From NCBI GenBank assembly GCA_002436015.1, contig DIXJ01000010.1, positions 45,860 through 109,859 of the forward strand: a stretch of 64,000 nucleotides of DNA, read 5' to 3'. Shown in pieces: positions 27,479 through 37,192 of the stretch (position 1 is its first letter; the number at the start of each line of letters is the position of its first letter). A model generated the notes under the pieces. It searched no databases and was not told the origin of the DNA. It saw only the letters and a list, made by a program, of their open reading frames with translations. Origin of the DNA: Synergistaceae bacterium UBA6083 (GTDB lineage: Bacteria; Synergistota; Synergistia; Synergistales; 79-D21). The translations under genes and the position numbers were made by a program.

Positions 27479-30037
27479 ATGGAACTCGACGACTATCTCT
27501 CCAAGGCTTTTTGGGAAAGATTTGAAGAGATCGCCGGCCATTTCCCCGATATCCCGGCTTATTCGCGGGAAGGGGAAGATCTCACCTACGGGGAGATCCT
27601 CTCCCGGGCTGAGGGTTTGGCCGGGAGGCTGGACAAGATTACTCACGGGATTCGCGGGCATGTCGTCGAAGTGGAGGCCACGCTGGTTCCAGGGAGCATC
27701 GTTTCTTTCCTGGCCGTTCTCAAGGCCGGGGCCGTCATCTTGCCGATGGATCCATCCTTCCCACTGGACTTTCGGCAGGAGATCCGCCGGCAGGTTTCCC
27801 CCATTGCCCGCCTGGAGGCAGGCGATGGCCCGCGAGATGTCGTTTTGTGCCAGGACAAGGCTCAGGGCAAGGAAACCCCGCCCGTCCCGTTTGCACCTGA
27901 AGAGGCGGCTGTTCTTCTCTGGACCTCGGGCTCCACGGGAAGCCCGAAAGGGATTCTTCTCCCAGAACAGGCCTTCCTCCTCGATGCGTGGAACCGCATC
28001 AGGGATTATGACGTTCAACCCGGCGACAGGGTCGCCTGGACGGCTCCTCCCGTCCTCGCGGGACCCATCGGAATGCTTTGCTTCTCTCTCCTCGGCGGTG
28101 CGACGCTTGTTCCTTTCCCCCTGAAATCGATCGATGCGGGCGCCCTTTCCGGGCTTCTCCGCGGGGAGCGGGTCAGCTACTTCAATCCCCCGGTTTCCTA
28201 TTACAGGCAGTGGATGCTTGCCGACGAGGGCAAAGGATGCCTGCCCGACTTGCGCACGGTCGTCATAGGCGGGCAGCCCGTAAGCTGGAAGGATGTCCAT
28301 GCCATCCAGGGACGCCTTTCCGAAGGAGCGAGACTGGTTCACCGCTACGCGGCCTCGGAGGCGGGATTGATCTCCCAGGCCTTTTTCGAAAGGCTCGAAG
28401 CGGCTGGGGACGAGGGGATCGTACCGCTGGGATCTCCCCCCAGGGGGAAGCGAACGGTGATCCTTGGGGAGGACGGGGCATTCCTGCCGACAGGCGAAAT
28501 GGGTGAAATCGGCGTGGTCAGCCCGCACGGGGCACTGGGGTATTGGAAGCGTCCCGACCTGGACCGAGAACATTTTCGAAGGCTCCCCGGCGGGGAGACC
28601 CTGTTCCTCACTTCGGACCTTGGGCGATTGAGGCCCGACGGCCAACTGGAATTGCTTGGCAGAAGGGACGGCCAGCTGAAAATAAGGGGCTTCCGCGTTG
28701 AACCCGCCCAGGTCGAGGCGGCCTTGAGAAACCTGCCCGGCGTGGTGGACGCGGTCCTTCTTCCGTGGACCCCGCCAGCTTTTCCGGATGAGAATGAGCT
28801 TGTCGCCTACGTTGAGCCCGCCATGGGTTCAAGGTTGGCTGCGGATGGGCTGAGAGCCGGCCTCCAGAAATTGCTGCCCGAGTTCATGGTTCCTTCAAGG
28901 TTTGTCCTGTTGGAGGAAATGCCAAGAACCCGGAACGGCAAACCCGATCGTACCCGGTTCCCGGATCCGGGAACCTCCCGGCCGAACCTCACGGTGAGTT
29001 TTGTCCAGCCGCAAGGTAAGAAGGAAGAGAGGATTGCCGGCTTGTGGCAGGAAGTGCTGGGGATCTCCCCCATTGGGGCGGAAGACGACTTTTTCGATCT
29101 TGGCGGGCACTCCCTTTTGGCAGTTCGCCTGTTTTCCCGGATCGAAAAGGTTTTCGGCAGGGATATCCCCCTGGCAGAGTTGCTCCAGGCCCGGACCGTG
29201 AGATCCATGGCGCGCCTGCTGGATGCCCCGGAAGCCGAAAAGGAATGGAAGTGCCTTGTCCGGATCAACGTGGCAGGAAATCGGCCCCGGGTTTTTATCG
29301 TTCATGGAGGCGGCGGCAATGTCCTTTGTTTTGCCCGGCTTGCGGCCCACTTGCCCGCCTATGACGTCTACGGCTTGCAGGCGCTGGGGCTGGATCGGTG
29401 TCACCTGCCCCAGCTTTCGGTAAAGGGGATGGCGGAGAGGTATGCGGCCGAAATCCGTGCGGAGCAGCCCCATGGTCCTTTCCGGATCGTCGGCTATTCC
29501 TTCGGAAGTGTCGTGGCGTTCGAGCTTGCCGTCCTCCTGCAGGCCTCGGGTGAAGAGGTTGTCTTCCTGGGCTTGCTGGATCGGGCTACGCCTGCCCGGT
29601 CGTCAGCCCCTCCCCGCGGCAACCTCGTTTCGGAAATTTGGGACCGGGGGACGACCCGCCTCAAGTTCCATTTGAGGCTAAGGGCGGGGCGGCTTTTGCT
29701 GGGGGCGGGCCTGCCCGTTCCGTTCATGCAGAAAATCTACAATGTCGCGACCACTTTCATGAGCCGGGATTATGTCCCACCGGCGGCATTTATGGGCAAC
29801 ATGGCCGTTTTCCAGACCGAGGAAAGGCGAAGCGAAGGGATCGATCCGGCTTCCGAAAGAGGATGGGGACCGCACGTAAAGGGGGAAACCCGGGTTTATC
29901 CCGTTCCGGGCACGCATCACACGCTGCTCGATGATCCTCATGTCCAGGATGTAGCCAGGGCCCTCGAAACAGCCCTTGGCGAGCCTTTTTTGGGTAAACG
30001 CCTATCCGGCGCACCGGAAAGGTTAAAGGAGATTTAG
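27479..30037 (+). CDS. Stand-alone NRPS-like enzyme, A-T-TE
   Basis: WTSGSTGSPKG, TSDLG, QLKIRGFRVE, RNGKPDR (A); DFFDLGGHSL (T); GYSFG and GTHHTL (TE). Confidence 0.9.
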   Translation: MELDDYLSKAFWERFEEIAGHFPDIPAYSREGEDLTYGEILSRAEGLAGRLDKITHGIRGHVVEVEATLVPGSIVSFLAVLKAGAVILPMDPSFPLDFRQEIRRQVSPIARLEAGDGPRDVVLCQDKAQGKETPPVPFAPEEAAVLLWTSGSTGSPKGILLPEQAFLLDAWNRIRDYDVQPGDRVAWTAPPVLAGPIGMLCFSLLGGATLVPFPLKSIDAGALSGLLRGERVSYFNPPVSYYRQWMLADEGKGCLPDLRTVVIGGQPVSWKDVHAIQGRLSEGARLVHRYAASEAGLISQAFFERLEAAGDEGIVPLGSPPRGKRTVILGEDGAFLPTGEMGEIGVVSPHGALGYWKRPDLDREHFRRLPGGETLFLTSDLGRLRPDGQLELLGRRDGQLKIRGFRVEPAQVEAALRNLPGVVDAVLLPWTPPAFPDENELVAYVEPAMGSRLAADGLRAGLQKLLPEFMVPSRFVLLEEMPRTRNGKPDRTRFPDPGTSRPNLTVSFVQPQGKKEERIAGLWQEVLGISPIGAEDDFFDLGGHSLLAVRLFSRIEKVFGRDIPLAELLQARTVRSMARLLDAPEAEKEWKCLVRINVAGNRPRVFIVHGGGGNVLCFARLAAHLPAYDVYGLQALGLDRCHLPQLSVKGMAERYAAEIRAEQPHGPFRIVGYSFGSVVAFELAVLLQASGEEVVFLGLLDRATPARSSAPPRGNLVSEIWDRGTTRLKFHLRLRAGRLLLGAGLPVPFMQKIYNVATTFMSRDYVPPAAFMGNMAVFQTEERRSEGIDPASERGWGPHVKGETRVYPVPGTHHTLLDDPHVQDVARALETALGEPFLGKRLSGAPERLKEI

Positions 30038-30039
30038 GC

Positions 30040-30822
30040 ATGTTGCATTGCAGGGGGCTTTCAAAACGTTACGAAAGCGGGAACGGTTCCGTTACGGCCC
30101 TGGAAAAGGTCGACCTTGACCTGGCCGAAGGGGAGTTCCTGTGTGTCCTGGGCCCGTCGGGCTGCGGAAAATCCACGCTCCTGCGGTTGGTGGCCGGGAT
30201 CGTCGCCCCATCGGCAGGCAGCATCGAATTCGTTCCGGGGTGCGGGCGTCCACCGGGGCGCCCCAGGTGCGCCATGGTGTTCCAGGACCACGGCCTTTTT
30301 CCCTGGATGACGGTTCTTGAAAACACGGGCTTCGGCTTGAAAATGCAGGGAGTCGCAGGGAAGGAGCGAGAGGCGATGTCCACACCCGTGCTGGAACAGG
30401 TCGGCATGGGGGGCTTCGGGCGGCATTACCCTCACGAGCTCTCGATGGGCATGCGCCAGCGTGTGGCGCTGGCCCGGGCTTTTGTTTCTTCCCCCGATGT
30501 CCTCCTGATGGATGAGCCGTTCGCATCGCTGGATGCCCAGTCAAGGGCCGTTCTCCAGCGTGACCTGCGTTCCTGGCAGGAAGAACGCGGCACGCCGGTC
30601 ATTTTCATTACGCATGACATCGCGGAATCCCTTGCCCTTGCGGACCGGATCCTTGTCCTTTCGGCACGGCCGGGGAGGGTTTTGGCGAACATCCCCCTGC
30701 CTCCGGGCCGATGCCATTCACCGGTGGCCGGTTTTGATCCCGAACTCGGGGCGATCGGCCGGGAGATCTGGGGCATGCTGGGGCAGGAATCCTGCCCCGA
30801 GCTGCAGGGTGCAAGCCTTTGA
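30040..30822 (+). CDS. ABC transporter ATP-binding protein (SsuB/TauB-like)
   Basis: GPSGCGKS, LSMGMRQR, LMDEPF, ITHD. Confidence 0.92.
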   Translation: MLHCRGLSKRYESGNGSVTALEKVDLDLAEGEFLCVLGPSGCGKSTLLRLVAGIVAPSAGSIEFVPGCGRPPGRPRCAMVFQDHGLFPWMTVLENTGFGLKMQGVAGKEREAMSTPVLEQVGMGGFGRHYPHELSMGMRQRVALARAFVSSPDVLLMDEPFASLDAQSRAVLQRDLRSWQEERGTPVIFITHDIAESLALADRILVLSARPGRVLANIPLPPGRCHSPVAGFDPELGAIGREIWGMLGQESCPELQGASL

Positions 30823-31592
30823 ATACGGGATGGAAGCAAATCCTGCGGGCCCTGCTCCTGCCGTGCATCCTCCTCCTGGGCTGGGAATTGGGGGTCCGGG
30901 CCGGATGGGTTTCCCCGATGTTTTTTCCCGCTCCGACGACGATCGCGGTGACCCTGGCTGCACTGGCGAAAAGCGGGCGCCTGGGTGCCGACCTCCTTGC
31001 CACCCTTTTGCGGGTTGCCCTGGGGCTGTCGATCGGGGTTGGCCTGGGCCTGCCGCTTGGCTTGTTGATGGGCTGGAAGCCTTCCTTCCGGGCCATCGTC
31101 GATCCCATGGTTGGCGCGACCCATGCCCTTCCAAAGATTGCCATGTACCCGATCCTGATGGTCCTGTTCGGCATCGGGGACGGTTCCCGGGTAGCTTTGA
31201 TCACGCTCGGGGCGTTTTTTCCCATGCTGATCAACGCCATGACTGCGGTGCGCCAGATCGACCCCCGCTATTTCGAGGTTGCGGAAAGCTATGGCGCCAG
31301 GGGATTCCGGATCCTCTCGGAGGTGATCTGGCCGGGCAGCCTGCCTCTTGTCCTTGCGGGTTTCCGCCTGGCCCTGAACGGAGCGTTGCTGCTCGGCATC
31401 GCGGCGGAACTCCTTACGGCCCGGGAGGGTTTGGGCGGGATGATCTGGATGGCCTGGCAGACTTTCAGGACGGAAGAACTTTATGCGGCACTTTTCGTCA
31501 CGGGACTGCTCGGGGTGGCTTTCAACAGCCTGACGGACCTGATGGTCAGGATCCTCGCCCCATGGCGGCCCGGGGCAGAAAACGGCAAATAG
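30819..31592 (+). CDS. ABC transporter permease (SsuC/TauC-like)
   Basis: FFPAP, LPKIA.YP, FFPML, EVAESYGA, AELL...GLG. Confidence 0.9.
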   Translation: MNTGWKQILRALLLPCILLLGWELGVRAGWVSPMFFPAPTTIAVTLAALAKSGRLGADLLATLLRVALGLSIGVGLGLPLGLLMGWKPSFRAIVDPMVGATHALPKIAMYPILMVLFGIGDGSRVALITLGAFFPMLINAMTAVRQIDPRYFEVAESYGARGFRILSEVIWPGSLPLVLAGFRLALNGALLLGIAAELLTAREGLGGMIWMAWQTFRTEELYAALFVTGLLGVAFNSLTDLMVRILAPWRPGAENGK

Positions 31593-31632
31593 AGGCCCTG
31601 GTATCGGCTTTGGCCGGGGATGCATCCAAGGA

Positions 31633-32322
31633 ATGAGGAACCCTTTGCAGCCGCAGGACTGGCAACCGCTTTCCCGAAAGGTTCCGGTAAAGGTCTGGAC
31701 GGTTTCCGTTTCTTCGGTTTTTGGGACCTGCGGGACGGCAGGGCTTTCGGATGCCGAGCGGGATCGGGCAGGCAGGTTTCGGTACGAGGAGGATTCGAGG
31801 CGCTTCTGTGCGAGCCGCCTTCTCTTGCGAGAGGTCCTCGGGAGACATCTGCTCACGAGGCCGGAGGACATCCAGCTAAAGAAGGCTCCCGGAGGCAAGC
31901 TCTCCGTCGTTTTGCCCCCTGGCTTCCCACCCGTTTTTTTCAGCCTTTCCCGGTCAGGCGATTTTTGCACGGTCGCTCTCTCAGCTTCTGCCGAGGTCGG
32001 GGTGGACATTGAAAAAACCAGGGAGTTTTTCGACTGGGAAGCTGTTGCCCGAGCCTGGCTGAGCGAGGGAGAACAAAACGCCATAAGGTCCCTGGTTGGG
32101 GAGAACTCCCGCACCGAGGCCTTCTTCAGGCTATGGTGCGCACGCGAGGCTGCGGCAAAGGCCTTGGGGCTGGGGCTTGCCCTGGATCCTCGTTCTGCGG
32201 GGAGCCTGGAGAGGATCCTGGAGGGGTGGCCTGTCATGGCCGTGTTCGGGGAAAGGGCCGTCGAGGTGGCCGAGATGGAGGCTCCCCAAGGGTACCGGCT
32301 TGCCGTGGCAAGTCTGGCCTGA
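31633..32322 (+). CDS. Sfp-type 4'-phosphopantetheinyl transferase
   Basis: LSDAERDRAGRF, FSLSRSG, VGVDIE, FFRLWCAREAAAKALGLGL. Confidence 0.87.
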   Translation: MRNPLQPQDWQPLSRKVPVKVWTVSVSSVFGTCGTAGLSDAERDRAGRFRYEEDSRRFCASRLLLREVLGRHLLTRPEDIQLKKAPGGKLSVVLPPGFPPVFFSLSRSGDFCTVALSASAEVGVDIEKTREFFDWEAVARAWLSEGEQNAIRSLVGENSRTEAFFRLWCAREAAAKALGLGLALDPRSAGSLERILEGWPVMAVFGERAVEVAEMEAPQGYRLAVASLA

Positions 32323-32332
32323 TTGGCCCAGC

Positions 32333-32352
32333 GGGGGCGAAAGCCCCCTCTT
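32333..32352. terminator. Hairpin between convergent PPTase and MFS genes
   Basis: GGGGGC-GAAA-GCCCCC. Confidence 0.6.
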
Positions 32353-33609
32353 TCATTCTCTTTCCCGAATCAGGAAAGGGAGCACGGCGAAAAGGGAGAT
32401 TCCCAAAAGGGCCCCGGCGTAGAAGGGGGCTTCGGGGCCGAAGGCGACGAACACCCAGCCCATGAGAAGCGGGCCGATCGTCTGCCCGAGCCTGAGCACC
32501 ATCCCGTTGAGGGACATGAATACGGCCCGGTTTTCCTCCGGGGCCAGGTCCGACAGCAGGGCCTGGGTCGCGGGGATGTTCATCCCCTGGGCAAGCCCGT
32601 AGATGACCGTGACCAGCAGCATGAAAGGCAGCCCGGGCATCAGGGGGATCAGGATGAGGGCCAGCGCGAACAGGATGAAGGAGGCCCGAAGGACGTTTCG
32701 CTCGCCGTAAAGCGTGGCCAGCCGCCCGGCCTGCGAGGCGACGGCGGCGTTGGAAATCGACATGGAGGACGAGATGAGCCCGATCGCGAGAGCCCCCGCA
32801 CCAAACTTCACGGCCATCAGGAGCGGCAGGTAGGAGAAGAAGGCCCCGTAAAGGATGACGAAGGTCGAGGTGCTGGCCAGGAGGATCCCGAGGATCCGCG
32901 GGTCTCGCGCCATGCGGGCGGCCTGCAGGAGGTAGAGTTTCAGCGGCAGCTTCGCGGGGGGCCGGGGCGGCGTTTCCAGGATCTTAAGCGCGGCCAGTCC
33001 CACGGGGAGCGCAAGAAGGGGCAGGGCGAAAGGGGCGTGCCATCCAAGCAGGCCGAGGGCCCCCCCGAGGGATGGGTAGAGGGCGGTGCCGATGCTTAGG
33101 ATGCTTGCATTGTAGCCCAGGGCATCCACCCGGTCGTTTCCCTTGTAGAGGTCGCCGATGAGCGTCACGTTCATGGAACTCAGGGGAGCGGCCCCCATGC
33201 CCTGCAGGAAGCGAAGGGCGACCAGCAGCCCGAAGTCTCGGGTCAAGGCGCAGGAGGTCCCGGCGATGGCAAAGAGGAACAGGGCCGGGACGACGACTGC
33301 CTTGCGTCCCAGGCGATCCGCTGCAACCCCGAGAAACGGGGGCAGGATGACTCCCGGCAGGGTGAAGGCCGTGATCAGGAGGCCGACCTGTTGGGCTGAT
33401 ATTCCAAACTCCGCGCTGATGGTGGGAAAGAGGGGCGTGATGCTGGCCACGCCGAGGACGGAAATGAGCGTCACGCCGAACACCACCCGCAGGTTTGGAT
33501 CCCGAAGCAGCAACACGTTGGGTTTCCGGATTTCCCCACGGAAAGCCCTTTTTCGCGTTTCCTTCCAAGCCGATTGCGCCGATTCCCGGATCCATTTATT
33601 AAGCGCCAT
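32353..33609 (-). CDS. MFS transporter
   Basis: GVAADRLGRK motif A, LRFLQGMG, about 12 TM helices. Confidence 0.9.
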   Translation of the reverse strand: MALNKWIRESAQSAWKETRKRAFRGEIRKPNVLLLRDPNLRVVFGVTLISVLGVASITPLFPTISAEFGISAQQVGLLITAFTLPGVILPPFLGVAADRLGRKAVVVPALFLFAIAGTSCALTRDFGLLVALRFLQGMGAAPLSSMNVTLIGDLYKGNDRVDALGYNASILSIGTALYPSLGGALGLLGWHAPFALPLLALPVGLAALKILETPPRPPAKLPLKLYLLQAARMARDPRILGILLASTSTFVILYGAFFSYLPLLMAVKFGAGALAIGLISSSMSISNAAVASQAGRLATLYGERNVLRASFILFALALILIPLMPGLPFMLLVTVIYGLAQGMNIPATQALLSDLAPEENRAVFMSLNGMVLRLGQTIGPLLMGWVFVAFGPEAPFYAGALLGISLFAVLPFLIRERE

Positions 33610-33724
33610 GAAACGCCCTCCCTGCGCCATCATAGCATCCGGCCGAACGATTTTCGGAGTCCCCGGCCGGAGGTTCCTGTTACAATTTCATGGAAAGCAG
33701 TCTTGCCCCGAAGGAGGAGTTGCG

Positions 33725-34348
33725 GTGGAAAAGCCGGCACAAAACGATCACCCGGTTGACGGTCTCCTGGTTCGACGCTGGAGCCCGAGGGCCTTTTCGG
33801 AAACACCCGTCGCCGCCGAGTCCGTTCGCAGCCTGCTTGAGGCGGCCCGCTGGGCTCCCTCCTGCTTCAACGAGCAGCCCTGGAGCTTCATCGTGGCGAC
33901 GCGGGAGGAACCGGAGGCCTTTGAAAAGCTGCTCGGCTGCCTCCGCGCGACCAACCAGGCCTGGGCCCAAAGGGCAGCTGTGCTGATGGTGGCTGTGGCG
34001 AAGGGTGCCTTCGACCATAACGGGAAGCCCAACCGGCACGCGGGGCACGACGTGGGGCTGGCGGTGGAGAACCTCATGCTCCAGGCCGTTTCGCTGGGGT
34101 TGTTCGCCCACGCCATGGCGGGTTTTGACGCGTCGAAGGTGAGGGAGTCCTACGGGGTCCCGGAGGGGCACGACCCCCTCGTGGCCGTGGCTGTGGGCTA
34201 CCCGGGCAACCTGGAAGACCTCCCGGAGGAATTCAGGGAACGGGAACTTGCCCCGCGGGAGAGAAAATCGCTGGGCCTGTTCGTATTCGGTCCGTCCTGG
34301 GGAGAGCCCTGGGATGGCCTCAAATCGCACGAGGGGGAATGGGAATGA
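33725..34348 (+). CDS. Nitroreductase family protein
   Basis: RRWSPRAF, AARWAPSCFNEQPW, HAMAGFD; AAGGAGG RBS before GTG. Confidence 0.9.
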   Translation: MEKPAQNDHPVDGLLVRRWSPRAFSETPVAAESVRSLLEAARWAPSCFNEQPWSFIVATREEPEAFEKLLGCLRATNQAWAQRAAVLMVAVAKGAFDHNGKPNRHAGHDVGLAVENLMLQAVSLGLFAHAMAGFDASKVRESYGVPEGHDPLVAVAVGYPGNLEDLPEEFRERELAPRERKSLGLFVFGPSWGEPWDGLKSHEGEWE

Positions 34349-34707
34349 TTCGCAAGGCATCGGAACAGTCAAAGGTCCGCAGGGAAGCGTTCACCAACGG
34401 AGTGGGCGGCGGTTTTGCCACGCACGCGCTACCGCCGGGGGAGAAGGTTCCGGGGAGCCGCTTCCAGATGATTTCCCAGATCGAGCTCGACCCGGGCTCC
34501 TGCATCGGTTCGCACCTGCACGGGGAAAACGAGGAGATCTACTGGATCCTTTCTGGGGAGGGAATCTACAACGAAGACGGCACGGAGATTCCCGCCGGGC
34601 CGGGGGACATGTTCCTTGCCTTGCAGGGGCACAGCCACGGGTTGAAGAACACGGGATCGGGTCCCCTCGTCATGCTCGCGGTGATCGCCGCTGATCGCAA
34701 CGCCTGA
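34345..34707 (+). CDS. Cupin domain protein
   Basis: GSHLH..NEEIYWILSGEG...PGD...HSHGLKNTG. Confidence 0.85.
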   Translation: MIRKASEQSKVRREAFTNGVGGGFATHALPPGEKVPGSRFQMISQIELDPGSCIGSHLHGENEEIYWILSGEGIYNEDGTEIPAGPGDMFLALQGHSHGLKNTGSGPLVMLAVIAADRNA

Positions 34708-34713
34708 AGACGG

Positions 34714-35235
34714 CTAGAAAAGGGCGAGGCCGGCCAGTCCGAAGAGCAAAAACAGGGCGGGCGGGTTTTCCCGGAAAAACCGCAGCCTCAGGGCGGCGAG
34801 CCCTGCGGTGAAGAGCAGGGCCGGGCCGACACCGGAAAAGGCTGTCCGGGCCAGGGGCAGGAAGGCCAGGCTCAGGAGGGCGGCCACGGTTGGGCGGAGG
34901 GCGCTCCTGAAGCGATCCATGCAGCCTTCTGGGCCGCACTGGAGCAGGGCGGAGACGGCGATGACAACAAGGAGCGGGGTCCCGACCACCGAGAGGGTGG
35001 CGACCGACGCACCGCTGATCCCCGCCCGCTGGAAACCGACGAAGGTAGCGGCGTTGACGGCGATGGGGCCGGGGGTTACCTGGGCCAGGGCCAGGACCTG
35101 GTTGAAGCCGTCGAGGGTCAGCCATCCGTAGTTGTCCACCAGGATGTGGCGGATCAGGGGAAGGGTGGATATCCCGCCTCCGAAGGCCCCGATGCCGACC
35201 TGGGCGAAACCCCAGGCGAGTTTCAGCAGGTCCAT
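34714..35235 (-). CDS. Short-chain chromate transporter (ChrA family) subunit
   Basis: VGIGAFGGG, AQVTPGPIAVNAATFVG. Confidence 0.87.
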   Translation of the reverse strand: MDLLKLAWGFAQVGIGAFGGGISTLPLIRHILVDNYGWLTLDGFNQVLALAQVTPGPIAVNAATFVGFQRAGISGASVATLSVVGTPLLVVIAVSALLQCGPEGCMDRFRSALRPTVAALLSLAFLPLARTAFSGVGPALLFTAGLAALRLRFFRENPPALFLLFGLAGLALF

Positions 35236-35765
35236 CGGTTTTCCCCCGGAAGGATGAGGCGAAGCCCTACGCCGCAGGCCATGGCGAGCAGCGGGTGCAG
35301 TCCGGCCCACAGGATGAGGCCGACCACCAGGGCGTAGGGAAGGATGTTGATCCACTTCCCCTTCCCCACGAGGGACCGGCGGATTTCCCCCCAGACGAGG
35401 GTGGCGACGAGCGCCGCCACGGCGCAAAGCACGCCCTTGAAGAAGGCCGCCAGGGGGGCCGAATCCCTGTGGGCCATGACGAAGCCGGAAAGCAGCAGGA
35501 TCGCGAAGAACGGTGGAACCAGGATCCCGGCCACGGAGGCCAGGGCTCCGCGGATGCCCGCGATCTTCCGGCCGGCCAGCCAGGCCGAGCTAGTGGCGAT
35601 GGGACCGGGCATGGCGGTTGCCAGGGCGGCGATTTCGGCCATGTCCTCGTCTGGGAAACCGCGTTTTTTCAGCTCGGTTTTCGCCATGGCGAGGATGGCG
35701 ATGCCGCCGCCAAAGGTGACGGCGCTGATCCTGAAAAACATCACGAAAAGGCTGAGTGGGGTCAT
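35223..35765 (-). CDS. Short-chain chromate transporter (ChrA family) subunit
   Basis: ISAVTFGGG, ATAMPGPIA, ILVPPF. Confidence 0.85.
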   Translation of the reverse strand: MTPLSLFVMFFRISAVTFGGGIAILAMAKTELKKRGFPDEDMAEIAALATAMPGPIATSSAWLAGRKIAGIRGALASVAGILVPPFFAILLLSGFVMAHRDSAPLAAFFKGVLCAVAALVATLVWGEIRRSLVGKGKWINILPYALVVGLILWAGLHPLLAMACGVGLRLILPGENRWTC

Positions 35766-35816
35766 CCTGCGCAACTCCTCCTGCAAGGAATTCACCTCTA
35801 TTGTACCCGCTGGTCC

Positions 35817-35844
35817 TGCAGAATATTTGCAAATGATTTGCAAA
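35817..35844. promoter_or_regulatory. Putative Fur/Zur operator
   Basis: Perfect 9-1-9 palindrome TTTGCAAAT-G-ATTTGCAAA (35826-35844) with an overlapping near-copy TGCAGAATATTTGCA, just upstream of the Fur-family gene. Confidence 0.65.
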
Positions 35845-35862
35845 AGAGATATCATTCCTCCC

Positions 35863-36309
35863 ATGGAATCCCTGTGCGATGCTGCCAAGGTGTTGAAATC
35901 AAATGGAGTGCGGGTCACACCCGCCCGCGTGGTTCTCCTGGAGGCGCTCCATTCCAGGCGGGGACCTTTCACTGCCCAGGAACTCCATGCGAACCTGCCC
36001 GCCAGGAGCGCGGACCTGGTGACCGTTTACCGCTTCCTGGCCCGGCTCGTGAAGGCCAGTCTCGCGCGCGAGATCGTCGGAAGCGACGGGGTGGCCTACT
36101 ACGAGATGGCCTGTGCCCATAACCCGGTTCACCCGCATTTCGAATGCCTGTCCTGCGGCCGCCTCTTCTGCCTGCCGCTTTTCAGGGAAGAGGATTCCGC
36201 CCGTGTGCTTGACTACGGGACCGGGCACCGCGTCGAAAGCGTGTCCGTCGTCTTCCGCGGGACCTGTGCCGCTTGCCTTGCCAACGAACTGGAGGAGGGA
36301 AAAAAATGA
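35863..36309 (+). CDS. zur: Fur-family regulator, probably Zur
   Basis: GVRVTPAR, TVYRFL, HPHFECLSCG, CAAC; heads the znu operon. Confidence 0.85.
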   Translation: MESLCDAAKVLKSNGVRVTPARVVLLEALHSRRGPFTAQELHANLPARSADLVTVYRFLARLVKASLAREIVGSDGVAYYEMACAHNPVHPHFECLSCGRLFCLPLFREEDSARVLDYGTGHRVESVSVVFRGTCAACLANELEEGKK

Positions 36310-37157
36310 AGCGCCTGCCGATCTTCCTGTTTTTGCTGTTGCTGCCGGCTCTCCTTGTCGGCTTTGCTTTCCACGGTACCCTTTCGGCTGCACCGACCAG
36401 GGTGTTCGTGAGCGTTCCTCCGCAGAAATACTTCGTGGATCGCATCGGGGGGAACCGGGTGAAGGTTTCCGTACTTGTCCCCGCGGGTGCGGACCCGCAC
36501 ACTTTTGAACCGAAGCCGGCCACCATGGTGGAACTCTCCCGTGCGGGGGCCTGGTTCACCATCGGGATCCCCTTCGAGGAGAACCTGGAGCCGCGGCTTT
36601 CCTCGGCAAATGATGAACTGGCCGTCGTCCGTACGGAGGAGGGAATCCGCCGCAACGATCACGGCCAAGAGGGCGTCGATCCCCACATCTGGCTTTCCCC
36701 CCGCCTGGTTAAGGTACAGGCGGAGAACATCCTCCAGGGGCTCATCAAGATCGATCCCGCAGGGGAGAAGGCCTACCGGGGAAACGCCCGCCGTTTCGCT
36801 GCCGAACTTGACGCTCTCGACAGGGAACTCAAGACACTCTTTTCCGGATCCCGGGGGAAGGCTTTCCTTGTCTTCCATCCCTCCTGGGGATACCTGGCCG
36901 CCGACTACGGCCTGGACCAGGTTGCCATCGAGGTCGACGGGAAGGAGCCCAAGGGGGCCGACCTGGCCCGGGTCATCAAGCTTGCCAGGGAGAAGCGGAT
37001 CCGGGTGGTCTTCGTCGAACCGCAGTTTTCCTCCCGCAGCGCCAGGACGATCGCCGAATCGATAGGGGCGAAACTGGTGACGGCCGATCCTCTTGCGGCC
37101 AACTGGGCCGACAACCTGAGAAAAGTCGCCCGGGGCTTCAAGCAGGCCGCTCGCTAG
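36306..37157 (+). CDS. znuA: Zn/Mn ABC substrate-binding protein
   Basis: ADPHTFEP, DPHIWLSP, FHPSWGY. Confidence 0.88.
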   Translation: MKRLPIFLFLLLLPALLVGFAFHGTLSAAPTRVFVSVPPQKYFVDRIGGNRVKVSVLVPAGADPHTFEPKPATMVELSRAGAWFTIGIPFEENLEPRLSSANDELAVVRTEEGIRRNDHGQEGVDPHIWLSPRLVKVQAENILQGLIKIDPAGEKAYRGNARRFAAELDALDRELKTLFSGSRGKAFLVFHPSWGYLAADYGLDQVAIEVDGKEPKGADLARVIKLAREKRIRVVFVEPQFSSRSARTIAESIGAKLVTADPLAANWADNLRKVARGFKQAAR

Positions 37158-37192
37158 GCTCGCGGGCAAACGGCCGGGACGGAGGGGCTGCC

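Noticed and set aside
32353..32375. MFS C-terminus FLIRERE* (CTGATTCGGGAAAG) as a sixth repeat copy
   Set aside because: Only about 10 bp resemble the 5' edge and the conserved body is absent; could be chance.
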